Virus genome (UHGV): UHGV-0064883
Strand: one strand, 5' to 3'
Length of the DNA: 64,000 nt
Source of the DNA: a virus
Of this stretch, positions 1 to 10,261 are shown piece by piece. Position 1 is the stretch's first letter. Each line of letters starts with the position of its first letter. The translations under genes were made by a program, and so were the position numbers. The notes under the pieces are model-generated. The model was not told the origin of the DNA. It did not search any database and was given only the letters and a program-made list of their open reading frames with translations.

Positions 1-2
1 CA

Positions 3-572
3 TTGCCTTATTGCACGCTCAGCGAAGTGCAGGCGGAAATTCGTAACTACGATGCCAACATCAACGATAAGCTGATTTCAGCCATTGAGCGGGCTACGGC
101 ATACATCGACGAGTACTGCCGGAAAACCTATCAGCCTGTTGACCGGGTGTCGGTCCCTTTCCGCGTGCCGTCCCCCTGTGTTGCCGGAAAATCCATACTG
201 CTTCCGTTCCCGGTCCGGGAACTGTTGAGCATTGAGGACGGGGACCAGCACGGAGAAGCCCTCACCCCGCAAACGGTCGAATGGTACTCCGGTTCCACCC
301 GCATTATTGCCCCAAGAAACCTTGTCAACCCGGTCAACATCTATGGCACGTTCGGCGGGGAATCCTCCAACAACGCGCAGGAGCCTCCCTTGGATTTGCC
401 CGCCGGAATACGGCGTGCCGCCGTGTTGATTGCCGCCGCCTTTTCCGGAGAGTACAACCGCGAGCGCATTGACATCAATGGCGAGCGGCAAAACGTCCTC
501 GAAACCTGGATTCCTAAAGAGGCCAAGGAGCTTCTGAACCGCTACGCCAGGACCCCCGCATCATATATTTGA
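3..572 (+). CDS. Head-tail connector/adaptor protein (phage gp6-like); 5' end at or just outside window
   Basis: 189-aa ORF at the window edge, first codon TTG. N-terminal pattern L-x-E-V-x-A-x-I-R...D-x-L-I-x-A-I-x-x-A-x-x-Y-I-D-x-Y matches gp6-like connector proteins. Lies immediately before other head-tail joining genes. Confidence 0.5.
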   Translation: MPYCTLSEVQAEIRNYDANINDKLISAIERATAYIDEYCRKTYQPVDRVSVPFRVPSPCVAGKSILLPFPVRELLSIEDGDQHGEALTPQTVEWYSGSTRIIAPRNLVNPVNIYGTFGGESSNNAQEPPLDLPAGIRRAAVLIAAAFSGEYNRERIDINGERQNVLETWIPKEAKELLNRYARTPASYI

Positions 573-577
573 CGTTC

Positions 578-1204
578 ATGGGCTGGATGCGCTGTAGATA
601 TGCTTCGGGCAATTTCAGCCGGGCGCTTTCCCGCATGGAAAAAGCCCTGTCGCCCCAGCGGCTGGACAAGGAGGTTGCCAAGAAGTGCGCGGATATTGTC
701 AAGGCAAGGCTGGTGCGTCGCACCCCGAAACGCTGGACGGGCCAGCTTCGCCGCAACTGGCGCACGGTGCAGTGGTCCACCGGAATATGGGTGGTGGAAA
801 ACCCGTCCCCGGTTATGTCGTATCTGGAACATGGCACCAGGCCGCATGGCGCTCGCGGATTCCGGCACACCAGCACCGGGAAGCGCGTCAGAAAAAAATT
901 GTTCATACCCCTGAACCGTCAAACCGCTATGGCCTATTCAGCCCAGGGCGGCACATTGGAATCAAAGCGCGAACTGTTCCGGAACGGTCGATTTATCACG
1001 ACAACCAGAAGAAACCGCCGGGGAATCAGACAACAGCGCACCACGCAAAAGAAACTCATATACGGAAAAGACTATATACTGGCAAAACGGGTGAAGGGCA
1101 TCCGGGCAAAGCATATTGTGGAAGGCATGCGGCCATTTGCCCGGAAGCTTCTCCGGATTGAAATGCGCCGGTATCTCCGGAAGGCGGTTTTGGGCCGCAT
1201 GTAA
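578..1204 (+). CDS. HK97 gp10-like head-tail joining / tail completion protein
   Basis: First ATG of the ORF (the track start at 569 is TTG). Motif NPSPVMSYLEHGTRPHG resembles the conserved core of the HK97 gp10 family. Sits directly after the connector gene. Confidence 0.45.
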   Translation: MGWMRCRYASGNFSRALSRMEKALSPQRLDKEVAKKCADIVKARLVRRTPKRWTGQLRRNWRTVQWSTGIWVVENPSPVMSYLEHGTRPHGARGFRHTSTGKRVRKKLFIPLNRQTAMAYSAQGGTLESKRELFRNGRFITTTRRNRRGIRQQRTTQKKLIYGKDYILAKRVKGIRAKHIVEGMRPFARKLLRIEMRRYLRKAVLGRM

Positions 1205-1255
1205 ACCCGTCTTTTTTTTGTTTTGCCACGAACCGTTGCAGGCTATTTTAACCTT

Positions 1256-1855
1256 ATGAGCACTCAACCCATTGATACGTCAAAACTGCCTATGGCCCTG
1301 GCGCCGCTTTACGTTTTGCTGAACCGTCTGACCGGGCACACGGATAAGGGGCGCATGCTTTACGGCCTGCGCCTGGAACTCTTCCCGGCAATGGCCAGGG
1401 TGCAGGGAAGAAAAGATTACCCGGTGCTTCGGATGCTGGTTCCAGCCCTTGGTTGCAGGCCCTCCGACGCGGGTTCCGGGTACCGGGCGGCAAAAAACCG
1501 GGACACGGAAGAATCTTCCTGCCTTACCCCGATGGACAGCCTGCTCACCGTGACATTCCAGTTGGAGACCTCCGCTGATTCCGGCTGGTTCGGCCCGGAA
1601 GTCCCCAGGGGCCGCGACCGTTGCGCGCTGGGGCATCTCGACTGGCAATGCTTGATTATGGACGCAATGGAGACGGACTGGACCCGTGGAGACAATTTCA
1701 TCGACATGCGTCTTTGCAAGACATTGCAATCACCGTTTTCCATTGAGCTGACCGACGACCCAAGCCCCAACGAATCCAGTATTGCGTCATTGATTGTCGT
1801 CAACATGTCCCAGTCGTTCCTTCCGCGCGGTTCCCGGTATAGTACGCTTGTATAG
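1256..1855 (+). CDS. Hypothetical protein in the neck/tail module
   Basis: ORF 1223-1855, trimmed to the first ATG (MSTQPID...). No recognisable motifs; assigned by position only. Confidence 0.35.
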   Translation: MSTQPIDTSKLPMALAPLYVLLNRLTGHTDKGRMLYGLRLELFPAMARVQGRKDYPVLRMLVPALGCRPSDAGSGYRAAKNRDTEESSCLTPMDSLLTVTFQLETSADSGWFGPEVPRGRDRCALGHLDWQCLIMDAMETDWTRGDNFIDMRLCKTLQSPFSIELTDDPSPNESSIASLIVVNMSQSFLPRGSRYSTLV

Positions 1856-1930
1856 CTTTATTTTTATTGACCCGCTATACAGCACCTAGCAAACTCTCAC
1901 ACAAACGGAGGAACCTTTTTTCACATTGCT

Positions 1931-2302
1931 ATGGCCGAAAGCAAATACAAACAATTTGGAGACGAGCTTACTTGGGGCGTACCCAAAGACGAAATGAGCT
2001 TGGTAACGCAGACTGTTACGTTTACGCAAAAATCCGACAAAAAGGAAGTGCGGGACCATGAAGGGGAAATCCGCACTGTTACTTATTACAACCAATCCGC
2101 GGATGTCACCATCGAAGGCTATGGCGACGCTTCCGCAAGCGTTGCTACCCGCATGACGATGCAAAACACGTTCCAGTCCGCCATGTCCGGGGCCTTGCTT
2201 ATTGACCAGTGCCAGGTGTCCCTGTCAAATGAGGACCACATCAAGTCATCCATCACGGCAGTGCTCTATCCGAACATTGCCGCATCGGGTTCAGAATTGT
2301 AA
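1931..2302 (+). CDS. Putative major tail (tube) protein
   Basis: 123-aa ORF preceded by GGAGGAA and sitting between the head-tail joining genes and the chaperone/tape measure genes. Function inferred from gene order only. Confidence 0.35.
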   Translation: MAESKYKQFGDELTWGVPKDEMSLVTQTVTFTQKSDKKEVRDHEGEIRTVTYYNQSADVTIEGYGDASASVATRMTMQNTFQSAMSGALLIDQCQVSLSNEDHIKSSITAVLYPNIAASGSEL

Positions 2303-2370
2303 GCGAATTTTCACGCTTTGAAAATTGACGCGCCCTTGCTGTTTTTTTACAGTAAGGGCGCATTGCCGTT

Positions 2371-2877
2371 ATGACCGATACCCCGAACTCGTCCCCTCCC
2401 GCCGCGTTTGCTTTTGAGCAGGCGCAATTAGATGCCATGCGCCTTAATGGCCAGCACTTCGTCTACACAAAAGATACGGAAATCGCCGCCATGCTGGCGA
2501 TATGCGGATATCGGCTGAAAAGCCCGAAAAACGATTATGTCATGGAGACCAAGGCGGGTAAAAAAGTGTATGCCTGGACATTTTATGATGACGTTATCGA
2601 CATCAATCTTCCCCCCCCGTATAAAACGGCGTCGCTGAAAGCCGTTATGCAGCTTATTGCCAAGCACGGGGAAGCAGGGTTTGCTTCCGAATTTCCCGAC
2701 TGCATGCTTTCCCCGCTGCTCCTGCTGCGGACCACCCGGAACAAGTTCCAGCAAAAGCTTGATGCCTGTGACCACACTTACGTTGTCTTCCTTGCCGGGG
2801 CTACGGGCAGATACTGCTACCCCAAAAATTCCCCCAGGGCAAAGCTCTTCCGGGAAAAAGGCATCCCGCAATTATAA
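2371..2877 (+). CDS. Hypothetical tail-module protein
   Basis: 168-aa ORF with no recognisable family. Contains an in-frame C8 tract at 2621-2628 encoding PPP. Confidence 0.35.
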   Translation: MTDTPNSSPPAAFAFEQAQLDAMRLNGQHFVYTKDTEIAAMLAICGYRLKSPKNDYVMETKAGKKVYAWTFYDDVIDINLPPPYKTASLKAVMQLIAKHGEAGFASEFPDCMLSPLLLLRTTRNKFQQKLDACDHTYVVFLAGATGRYCYPKNSPRAKLFREKGIPQL

Positions 2878-2939
2878 CTTTGATTCTTCCCGCGAATTTG
2901 CAATCATTGCAAATCGTCCATCCAACCGCACAATCTACT

Positions 2940-3515
2940 ATGGCCGCACAATCATCATCTGATATTGCTTCACTTGCCGCGCAGCTGGCGGCAGCCCCGC
3001 TTCCGGGAGACGGAGGAAAAGCCTCCGCCATTTCCGAACCTTCCCGCATGCTTCCGCAGGAAAAATATGACCATGACCTGTCGGAATTGTTTCTCACGGA
3101 GGGCACGACGGATATCGCCGGATATAAAGTCGCTTCTCCTACCCTGGCTTCATTTATGCTGCTGGAATTGCTCGGAAACAGTTTCGTCATGGTTGAAAAT
3201 CTTGGCCAGATTCCGGCAAACCTGTTCACGTTCACTACCGTTCAGGCATTGGCCGTCCTGCGTTTCAAGGACACCTACAAACTGGTGAAAATGATTGCCG
3301 AAGACCGGGACGCTTTTGACCGTCTGGTGCTGCGCATGGCCGAAGAGCTTCCGGCATCAACCCCCGTACTGGACATAGCCGTTGCTATCGTTGAATTGAT
3401 GAACAACGGAAAACGGTCGAGCGCCAAGGAATCCCCCAACCCGAAAAAGCGTCAGGCCCCGGCAAAAGGAAAAAAAGCGTCAAGCCGCCGTGGTGGTTTA
3501 TCACAGCCAGCATAG
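2940..3515 (+). CDS. Putative tail assembly chaperone (by position, directly upstream of tape measure)
   Basis: First ATG of ORF 2880-3515. Acidic N-terminus and a basic Lys-rich C-terminus. The gene immediately before a tape measure gene is usually a chaperone. Confidence 0.35.
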   Translation: MAAQSSSDIASLAAQLAAAPLPGDGGKASAISEPSRMLPQEKYDHDLSELFLTEGTTDIAGYKVASPTLASFMLLELLGNSFVMVENLGQIPANLFTFTTVQALAVLRFKDTYKLVKMIAEDRDAFDRLVLRMAEELPASTPVLDIAVAIVELMNNGKRSSAKESPNPKKRQAPAKGKKASSRRGGLSQPA

Positions 3516-3668
3516 CGGCGAAACAGAGCGGAACAACGTTCCACTATTGCCTTTACCGGATGCCCGCTATGGAGGCGTTTGCCCATGAGCATGTATGGAT
3601 GCTGATGCAGGGCATTGAGTGTTATCTTCCATTTTACGAGTCTTCATAAATCCATACACACACATTCT

Positions 3669-3694
3669 GGGTTGATTTACATCAACCCTTTTTT
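3669..3694 (+). terminator. Intrinsic terminator-like hairpin plus T-run between chaperone and tape measure genes
   Basis: GGGTTGAT-ttac-ATCAACCC stem-loop followed by TTTTTT. Confidence 0.5.
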
Positions 3695-3708
3695 ATCCTT
3701 TATCGTAT

Positions 3709-6700
3709 ATGGCCCAGGCGAATCAACAGGCGGAGCGTATTATTTTTGACGCGGAAATTTCTTCCGCGCAGTCAAACCTGGCAAAACTGCGCACGGAATT
3801 AAATCTGATAGTGGCGGCGGCGGCAAAGACCAATGCCGCCCTTTCACGGATTAACCTGTCTGGGATGTTTGGCGGGGCCGGGGCGTCAGGAAAAGGGCTT
3901 TCCGGAATGGCGGGCGGCGTAAACGCGTCAAAGACATTTGCCGCAGCGCAGAATGCCGCCACCATGTCAACAAACAGGCTGACCACAGCTATGCGGGCCG
4001 GGGTAGGCACGGCTGGAGCCTACAGCAGGGCATTGGCCGGGGCCGCCGCATCAGCCGGGCTATTGTCCGGAAGCCGTATCGGCCAGACAATCAATACGGC
4101 GAGAGCGCCTATGCGCGGGGCCAAAGCGGAATCTGACGGGCTGCGTTCCAGCTTTTCCGGCGTAGGGCTTGCGGCTACAGGGGCCGCCGTGGCGGTGCTG
4201 GGCTTTGCTACCAAGCTCACGGGCATCATCCGGGAATCTTCGGAAGCCGCATCCAACATGCAGCAGCTGAATACTGTTTTTGGTGTATTGCTGCAAAGCC
4301 AGTCCAAAGGCTCTGCACTTCTCGAAGAGGTCACGCAGTTTGCCGCTGCCACGCCTATGAAGGTTCCGGAATTGGCCAATGCTACGCGAGTTTTGCTGGC
4401 CTACGGCGAAAGCTCCACGACTGTCATGAGCACTCTCCGGAGGCTGGGCGATATTGCGGCCGGTACGGGACAGCGCATTGATGAAATCGCCACCCTTATC
4501 GGTAAGGCGCGGCAGGCTGGCCGCCTGTACGGTGACGACCTGAACCGCCTGAATGACCGCGGCATTCCTCTTACTGCTACATTGGCGAAAAATTTCGGCA
4601 TCACCAGCATGGAAGTCCGAAAGCTGGTGGAGCAGGGGCGGGTAGGGTTTTCCGCGCTGGAAGACGCTATTAACGAAGTAACCAACGAGGGCGGCCTTTT
4701 TTACGGCATGCTGGAAAAGCAGTCCAAAAACTATGGCGGCGTGATGTCCACGTTGGAAGATAATATTACTCTGGCGAAAAAAGCATTTGGCGCACCTATC
4801 AATAACGCCCTGACGCCTATCCTGCAGGATGCCATTGAAATGCTCAAGGAAATGAAGCCCCAGTTTACCGAGCTGGGTGAGGCAATGGCCCCAGTAGTCG
4901 CCAGTTTGGTCACGGCGTTCAAAGACCTTGTCGTCTGGATTGGCGAAAACGGGAAGCAGGTTTTGGACCTTGTGCAGACCTACGGCCCCCTTGTGGCTAA
5001 GGCTCTGGCATTGGCGGCAGCAGTCAAAGCCGCCCAAATGGTGTTTGGCGCTCTTGGCGCCATTATCCGGGGGATTACCGGAACCTTAAGCGGGTTTACG
5101 TCAATAATCACCACAGCCGCTTCGGCGGTGATAAACCTGGGTTCCACCCTTGACCGTCTTGCGGCTAAATATGCAACTGCCGGAGTGGCGGCCAGGACCG
5201 CAGGGGCACAAATAGCCGCCTCTTCCGCAATGATGGGGGCTGCTTCCGCAGGTGCTGCCGCCGCAGGGGCTGGCAGAGCTGGTGGAGTTGTCGGGGCCGG
5301 AATTGCCGCCGCAGGAGCCGCTGCACCAGCCATAGGGTCGGCGATACGCGGTCTTTCCACCGGCTCAAAAGTGTGGTCAGTGGTAAAGGGTGTAGGAGGC
5401 AAGCTGGGAGGAATACTTGGCCCTCTTACCGCACTGCATGTTTTAGGTAAAGTTTCTGATGGCCTGTTTTCCGGCGACGCTCCATTGTCCTGGGGAGCCA
5501 AGCTTAATTATGGGATAGCCGGCGCTCTTGGCCTGGCAAGCTTCATCCCCAAAATCGGATGGATTACCGGCCCCCTGGGCGAGTGGTTTGCGTCAATGGG
5601 CGACGACATCAAGGAGGCGGACACGGCGAAATACATGCAGGGCCAGTATTCACAGGCGCTTAAATCCGCCCCCGGCAAGGGCCTTAAAAACGTTTACCGG
5701 AAACAGCTGCTCAATTTGTTCCAGTCGGAAGAATCCGGGACGCGGGGCGACCGGACGGTTTCCTCCGTGCAGGAAGAACTGCGGCAGGAAATCTCAAGGC
5801 AGACTGCAATACTTGATAAACAACTCCGCGATAACACGGCTATTTCCGACGGGCAAAAAGCTTTGCTCAAGCGCCGCCTTGAATACCTCCGGAGCATTGA
5901 CGACGCCACCATATCGCGGTGGACGGAACAGCTGCTTGACGAGACGAAGAACGCGGCTGGACGGGCCAAGTATGATGCGGTCATCGCCGCCGAGCAGGAA
6001 GCCGCCAGACGGGCGAATGAGGAACGGAGAGCCGCCGAACGTTATGGTCAGGTCAAGGACAACCGCGTTAAATTACAGGAAGCGGAAATCAGGTACGCGT
6101 CCGGAATAGACCAGCAGATGTTCTGGTGGCGCAGGCGGCGGACGGCATTGCAGGAAGCGCAGCCTGACGTTCAAGCGCTGCTGACCGGCCCGGACACCGG
6201 AGCTTACATGACGGAAAAGCTTGGAGCCGATTTCCGCATCCGGGGGACCGAAGACATTAAAAAAGTGCTGGATGCGGCAGGGGAATCCGAAGACACGGTA
6301 ATTTTTGCCAGCGAAAATGTGCTGAACCTCCAAAAAGCCTACGAGAAAATTCTCGACTACGAAAAAGAAGAGAAAAAACTCCGGGATTCCAAGCAGGAAT
6401 ACGACAGGCAGGAGGAAGAGCGGACGCGAAGCCTCAACGTGCTTAAACAGAAACTCTATCTTGACCAGGCTTACGCCGCAGGGCTTATCAACGCGGAACA
6501 GCGAACACAGTATGAAGACCAGCTCAAGGCTATTGACGCGGCAAAATCTTTCATGGATGCCGGCATGGACCGGGAGGAAGCCATGCAGATGGGCGTGGCT
6601 TCGGTGGAAGCCGAACGGAGGGCGGCGGGGCAGGCCGCCATTGACAACGCGGCGGAAACCTATAAATCCGCCGCTACGGGAACCCTTGCACGACAGGGCT

Positions 6701-6897
6701 GGGTGGATGTTATTTCACTGGGCTGGCGCAAGGATTCCGCCGGGGCGTATCTGGACCCGAACCGTTATGACGAACAGACCACCGGCCCCTATCAGGACGA
6801 GGACACGGATTTGTTGAAAAAAATCAACGATACGCTGGAAGCCATTCAGGCGAATACCAACCCCGACCTGAAAAAGTCCTCGGTTGTGTGGGGATAA
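3709..6897 (+). CDS. Tail tape measure protein (TP901-family core domain)
   Basis: 1062 aa with Ala/Gly-rich coiled-coil regions. The conserved tape-measure core (...GDIAAGTGQRIDEIATLIGKARQAGRLYGDDLNRLNDRGIPL...LFYGMLEKQSKNYGG...) is present. The antisense ORFs inside it are shadow ORFs. Confidence 0.9.
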   Translation: MAQANQQAERIIFDAEISSAQSNLAKLRTELNLIVAAAAKTNAALSRINLSGMFGGAGASGKGLSGMAGGVNASKTFAAAQNAATMSTNRLTTAMRAGVGTAGAYSRALAGAAASAGLLSGSRIGQTINTARAPMRGAKAESDGLRSSFSGVGLAATGAAVAVLGFATKLTGIIRESSEAASNMQQLNTVFGVLLQSQSKGSALLEEVTQFAAATPMKVPELANATRVLLAYGESSTTVMSTLRRLGDIAAGTGQRIDEIATLIGKARQAGRLYGDDLNRLNDRGIPLTATLAKNFGITSMEVRKLVEQGRVGFSALEDAINEVTNEGGLFYGMLEKQSKNYGGVMSTLEDNITLAKKAFGAPINNALTPILQDAIEMLKEMKPQFTELGEAMAPVVASLVTAFKDLVVWIGENGKQVLDLVQTYGPLVAKALALAAAVKAAQMVFGALGAIIRGITGTLSGFTSIITTAASAVINLGSTLDRLAAKYATAGVAARTAGAQIAASSAMMGAASAGAAAAGAGRAGGVVGAGIAAAGAAAPAIGSAIRGLSTGSKVWSVVKGVGGKLGGILGPLTALHVLGKVSDGLFSGDAPLSWGAKLNYGIAGALGLASFIPKIGWITGPLGEWFASMGDDIKEADTAKYMQGQYSQALKSAPGKGLKNVYRKQLLNLFQSEESGTRGDRTVSSVQEELRQEISRQTAILDKQLRDNTAISDGQKALLKRRLEYLRSIDDATISRWTEQLLDETKNAAGRAKYDAVIAAEQEAARRANEERRAAERYGQVKDNRVKLQEAEIRYASGIDQQMFWWRRRRTALQEAQPDVQALLTGPDTGAYMTEKLGADFRIRGTEDIKKVLDAAGESEDTVIFASENVLNLQKAYEKILDYEKEEKKLRDSKQEYDRQEEERTRSLNVLKQKLYLDQAYAAGLINAEQRTQYEDQLKAIDAAKSFMDAGMDREEAMQMGVASVEAERRAAGQAAIDNAAETYKSAATGTLARQGWVDVISLGWRKDSAGAYLDPNRYDEQTTGPYQDEDTDLLKKINDTLEAIQANTNPDLKKSSVVWG

Positions 6898-6910
6898 TGT
6901 GATATTAGAA

Positions 6911-6929
6911 ATTTGCAATCATTGCAAAT
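6911..6929. repeat. 19-bp perfect palindrome ATTTGCAATCATTGCAAAT (copy 1 of 18)
   Basis: Two TTGCAA hexamers around a 3-bp centre. Ends 9 nt before the ATG of the next gene. Confidence 0.9.
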
Positions 6930-6937
6930 CAGGAATT

Positions 6938-7738
6938 ATGGCTATTTCACACAACGGACCGCGGGAACCCATTGAACAGCCCGGAACGATGACCGTCGAA
7001 CGAGTGTCGGAAGACGGCGTAGTCCGGTTTGAAAAATCAGCAACCAGAGTGTTTGAGGTTCCGAAGGATATGGCGGCGGCCTTCATGCTGACCCCCCCGG
7101 CAACCCCCATGCCGGGAACAATCTTTTTGGAATCAAGGTGTGAAGAAGAAAATGCGGAGTGGTCCAAGGTGACATTCACCTACGGCGAAGACCCGGACGA
7201 TTCATCCGGAAGCGGCGGAGACGATTCCGTGCGCCGAACGGTCAACGTCACTACCTCTTTAGTAGATATCCCTATCCAATGTTCGCCAAAGTACATTGAC
7301 ATTTCCGGGGATTCCCCAAAATCGAAAATTCCTGATGACGATTTAAAACTTCTAGCCTATGCCATGTCCGGGCAGTTCAAAGACCCCCGGAACAACACCT
7401 ATATTAAGGACAGCCTTACGTCGGACATGGCTCGTGAGATTTTCGACTACCTGACGCTCGGAATCACCCACTTTGCCTATCCGCAGACCGTGATACGCAT
7501 CTCTTACCCAAAGTCCAAAGTAGGTTCCGGCCAGCAATTCGGCGTTCCCACTAAAACACCCGGAAAAAAGGGAGATGCCATTCCAGTAAAACTTCCGGAA
7601 GACAGCAAAATTGATTTCACATTGATTTCCCGGTCTATCAACTACGACGGGAAATACCACACGACAGACGAGGAATACCAGTCATCGTCCCCGTTGGGCT
7701 GGAAAAATGACCGGAAATTCTGGGGGGAAGGAGAATAA
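6938..7738 (+). CDS. Putative distal tail protein (by position after tape measure)
   Basis: First ATG of ORF 6884-7738; the track start lies inside the palindrome. No family motif recognised. Confidence 0.35.
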   Translation: MAISHNGPREPIEQPGTMTVERVSEDGVVRFEKSATRVFEVPKDMAAAFMLTPPATPMPGTIFLESRCEEENAEWSKVTFTYGEDPDDSSGSGGDDSVRRTVNVTTSLVDIPIQCSPKYIDISGDSPKSKIPDDDLKLLAYAMSGQFKDPRNNTYIKDSLTSDMAREIFDYLTLGITHFAYPQTVIRISYPKSKVGSGQQFGVPTKTPGKKGDAIPVKLPEDSKIDFTLISRSINYDGKYHTTDEEYQSSSPLGWKNDRKFWGEGE

Positions 7739-7752
7739 ACCTGTAAAATATT

Positions 7753-10233
7753 ATGGCATTACGGCGAGTACGAAGAGGGGAACCCCTGCGTATTGGACAG
7801 ATTAACCAGTACGCCGAACTTCTTGGGCAGATGGCCGGGGGCGGAAAACTTTTCCGGGCTAACAGGACCGGCTACCAGATGGACCGGGACCTGAACCCCC
7901 TGTTCCCGTTTGAGTTGATGGCCCTGGATGCCCAGTCAAGCACCGGGGAAGCTACAAAAGGCGTGCCGCTGGCGAAATCCAAGGATTTAATTGCGTTTCT
8001 CCACCCCGGTTCCGTCACGTTTATCGGACTGGACGGCGCAGCCTCACAGGTGTTCCCGGTCATCAAAGACCCGAAATACGCCCCTACGGATTCCCCCGGC
8101 GGAGGAAACGAGGATGGAGCCGCCGTCAATACCTGGCCCCGCCCCGGTATTCAAATTGAGCTTGATACGGTATATGGCATTCATCTGTTCGCTAAATTGG
8201 AGCGAGTGACGATGCAGATAGGCCGTGACCGGATAATTCAGGTGTCGGTCAAGAAATGGTGTCGTGACCGCACCCCGTTCATCGGCACGGAGGACGAAAT
8301 GGACAGCTCCGCTTCGGACGATGAAGATATTATCCGGACGTTCATTCCATTGTTCCGGCCCATTGAAGACAGCGCAATCGAAGGAAATGTTTATGTGGAA
8401 AACCTGCATGAAAGCGATTTAATTCTTCCGGACATTCCGCTTGAAGGCGGGTCATCATCTTCCTCAGCGTCCTCTTCATCCAGCAGCTCCAGTAGTTCGA
8501 GCGGCGGAGTATCATTCAGCAGTTCAAGCAGCTCATCATCATCAAAATCAGAGGGTTCGGAATCCGCATCTTTTTCCTCGTCTTCGTCGTCGGCAGGCCC
8601 CTACATTGACCCTACATTGATTTCCGTGCCGGCGCGGGAACCCAATTCGGAATTCGGCGGCATCTACCGCACCCTGAAAGGCTTTAATTTTCCGCCCAGC
8701 GATGACAAGCCGGGCATGGCCTACATCATCATTTTCAGCCCTGTCGAATCTTGCGATTGGGTAAACTTTTCCACAGCCGGATTGGTGGTAACCAAGACGG
8801 ACAAACAATGGGAAGGCTATGTTGCCATTGACGACAACGGGAACTGGGATTGCAACGTCATCATTGACGAATTCACCGACCCGGAACATACCGGTGTCCA
8901 CCGCTACAAAGATTTCAAAGTCGGCTACCGGGCTAAAAAGCAGAACATAGCCGTAGATATTCTCATTGTTGACCAGGCGCCCCCGGAAGCGTCCTCTTCC
9001 TCGTCTTCGTCGTCTGTGAGTTCATCTTCGGAAGAAAAGTATTATTTCCGGTTTGTCCCTAATAAAATTACGGTGGACAGCCAATTTCAGAAAGTACAGG
9101 GCTATATCCGCACCGACTCCCCCTACGGGTGGAAAATCCCGGAGGACTTTCCGGCGCAGTTCCCTTCCGGGAAATGGGTATCTATTTCCCCGCTGACCGG
9201 GAAAGACCACGATAATTTTGAGGTTACGTTCCAGAAAAACGAGGAAGGGACCACCCGCGACAATCTGGTAACAGGGTACGCATTGACCTCGCACGGCACA
9301 TTGATGCTGGAAGCAACCGACACCCTGAATGTCACCCAGACCCCGGAAGCCTCTTTATCCAGCAGTTCCAGTAGTTCGAGCAGTTCCTCTTCATCTTCCT
9401 CGTCTTCCTCATCTTCCTCTTCCGGCTCGTCAAGCTCGTCCCAGGCGGACTGGTTTGAAGTGTTCCCCACTTCTATGGCTTTTAGCGCGGACGGCAAGCC
9501 AAAAGATTCTAACAAGGTAAGGCTTCGCGGAACGGTCGGATGGCGGGCTGATACGCAAAAAGACTGGTGTTCCATGTCCCCGTCATCAGGCCCAGCGCCA
9601 GGGGACGCGGGAACGGAAGCCGTGATAACCTGCCAGCCGAACAAGGAGGTAAACGGAAGAAGCACACTGGTTGAAATTAGCGTCACCCTGAATGGGTCCC
9701 CGCAATATTACTACGTCAATGTTATCCAGGAAGGCAATCCTCCTGTTCCTTCGTCGGAAAGCGAATCTTCCTCATCCTCGGAAGCCTCTTCGGGGGCCAG
9801 TTCGGCTTCATCAAGCAAAACCGCCATTTTGCCGGTGCGCGGAAAGTTCCTCGGCATGATGTGCATGGAGTCCCCGGAAACCTGGTTTATCGACTTTGCC
9901 ACTATCCACCTCCCGCTTGGGCTGATGTTGGTTGACCAGACGTTCATTGATGTTACCGAGCCGGGTTCCATAGCGGTTGTGTCCGCCATAGATGACCGGG
10001 GCCGCCCCGCAAGAGCATGGCTGCGGCTGGAAGGCGGGGAAAAGAAATATCTGACCCTGTATGCCCGTCCGCAGGGGTTGGGCCGGATATTCAGGCCGGA
10101 CCGCATTACCGTCCAACTGATAGGGAGGCGCCTCGGACACCGGAGCAGGTTCCCGGAATTTTCAGAAGCGCAGTTCCGGGCGAACGAAGCGTTCTACGCC
10201 CAGGCGCACAGGGAGAAAACCCCGAAAGATTAA
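7753..10233 (+). CDS. Tail-associated adhesin-like protein with poly-Ser linkers and two BACON/Ig-like domains
   Basis: 826 aa with five poly-Ser tracts encoded by (TCN)n DNA repeats at about 8449-8530, 8570-8595, 8985-9025, 9355-9440 and 9750-9815. Two segments (aa 430-520 and 575-660) have a BACON-like pattern (GW/W-x-S-x-SP...G...V...TL-V). Lies in the position of a tail tip or receptor-binding protein. Confidence 0.55.
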   Translation: MALRRVRRGEPLRIGQINQYAELLGQMAGGGKLFRANRTGYQMDRDLNPLFPFELMALDAQSSTGEATKGVPLAKSKDLIAFLHPGSVTFIGLDGAASQVFPVIKDPKYAPTDSPGGGNEDGAAVNTWPRPGIQIELDTVYGIHLFAKLERVTMQIGRDRIIQVSVKKWCRDRTPFIGTEDEMDSSASDDEDIIRTFIPLFRPIEDSAIEGNVYVENLHESDLILPDIPLEGGSSSSSASSSSSSSSSSSGGVSFSSSSSSSSSKSEGSESASFSSSSSSAGPYIDPTLISVPAREPNSEFGGIYRTLKGFNFPPSDDKPGMAYIIIFSPVESCDWVNFSTAGLVVTKTDKQWEGYVAIDDNGNWDCNVIIDEFTDPEHTGVHRYKDFKVGYRAKKQNIAVDILIVDQAPPEASSSSSSSSVSSSSEEKYYFRFVPNKITVDSQFQKVQGYIRTDSPYGWKIPEDFPAQFPSGKWVSISPLTGKDHDNFEVTFQKNEEGTTRDNLVTGYALTSHGTLMLEATDTLNVTQTPEASLSSSSSSSSSSSSSSSSSSSSSSGSSSSSQADWFEVFPTSMAFSADGKPKDSNKVRLRGTVGWRADTQKDWCSMSPSSGPAPGDAGTEAVITCQPNKEVNGRSTLVEISVTLNGSPQYYYVNVIQEGNPPVPSSESESSSSSEASSGASSASSSKTAILPVRGKFLGMMCMESPETWFIDFATIHLPLGLMLVDQTFIDVTEPGSIAVVSAIDDRGRPARAWLRLEGGEKKYLTLYARPQGLGRIFRPDRITVQLIGRRLGHRSRFPEFSEAQFRANEAFYAQAHREKTPKD

Positions 10234-10261
10234 CCTTCCCTGCCTTCCGGGGGCCTCCGGC

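Noticed and set aside
569-577. ORF-track starts at 569, 3, 12891 and 56806 using TTG as an initiator
   Set aside because: Each has an in-frame ATG a few codons downstream that fits the stop of the previous gene. The ATG starts were used (the first gene may truly begin outside the window).
6884-6937. ICNHCK(S/F) Cys-His peptide recurring at the N-termini of several ORF-track entries (6884, 10705, 53414, 63607)
   Set aside because: These are translations of the 19-bp palindrome, not a zinc-binding protein motif. The true gene starts are at the first ATG downstream.
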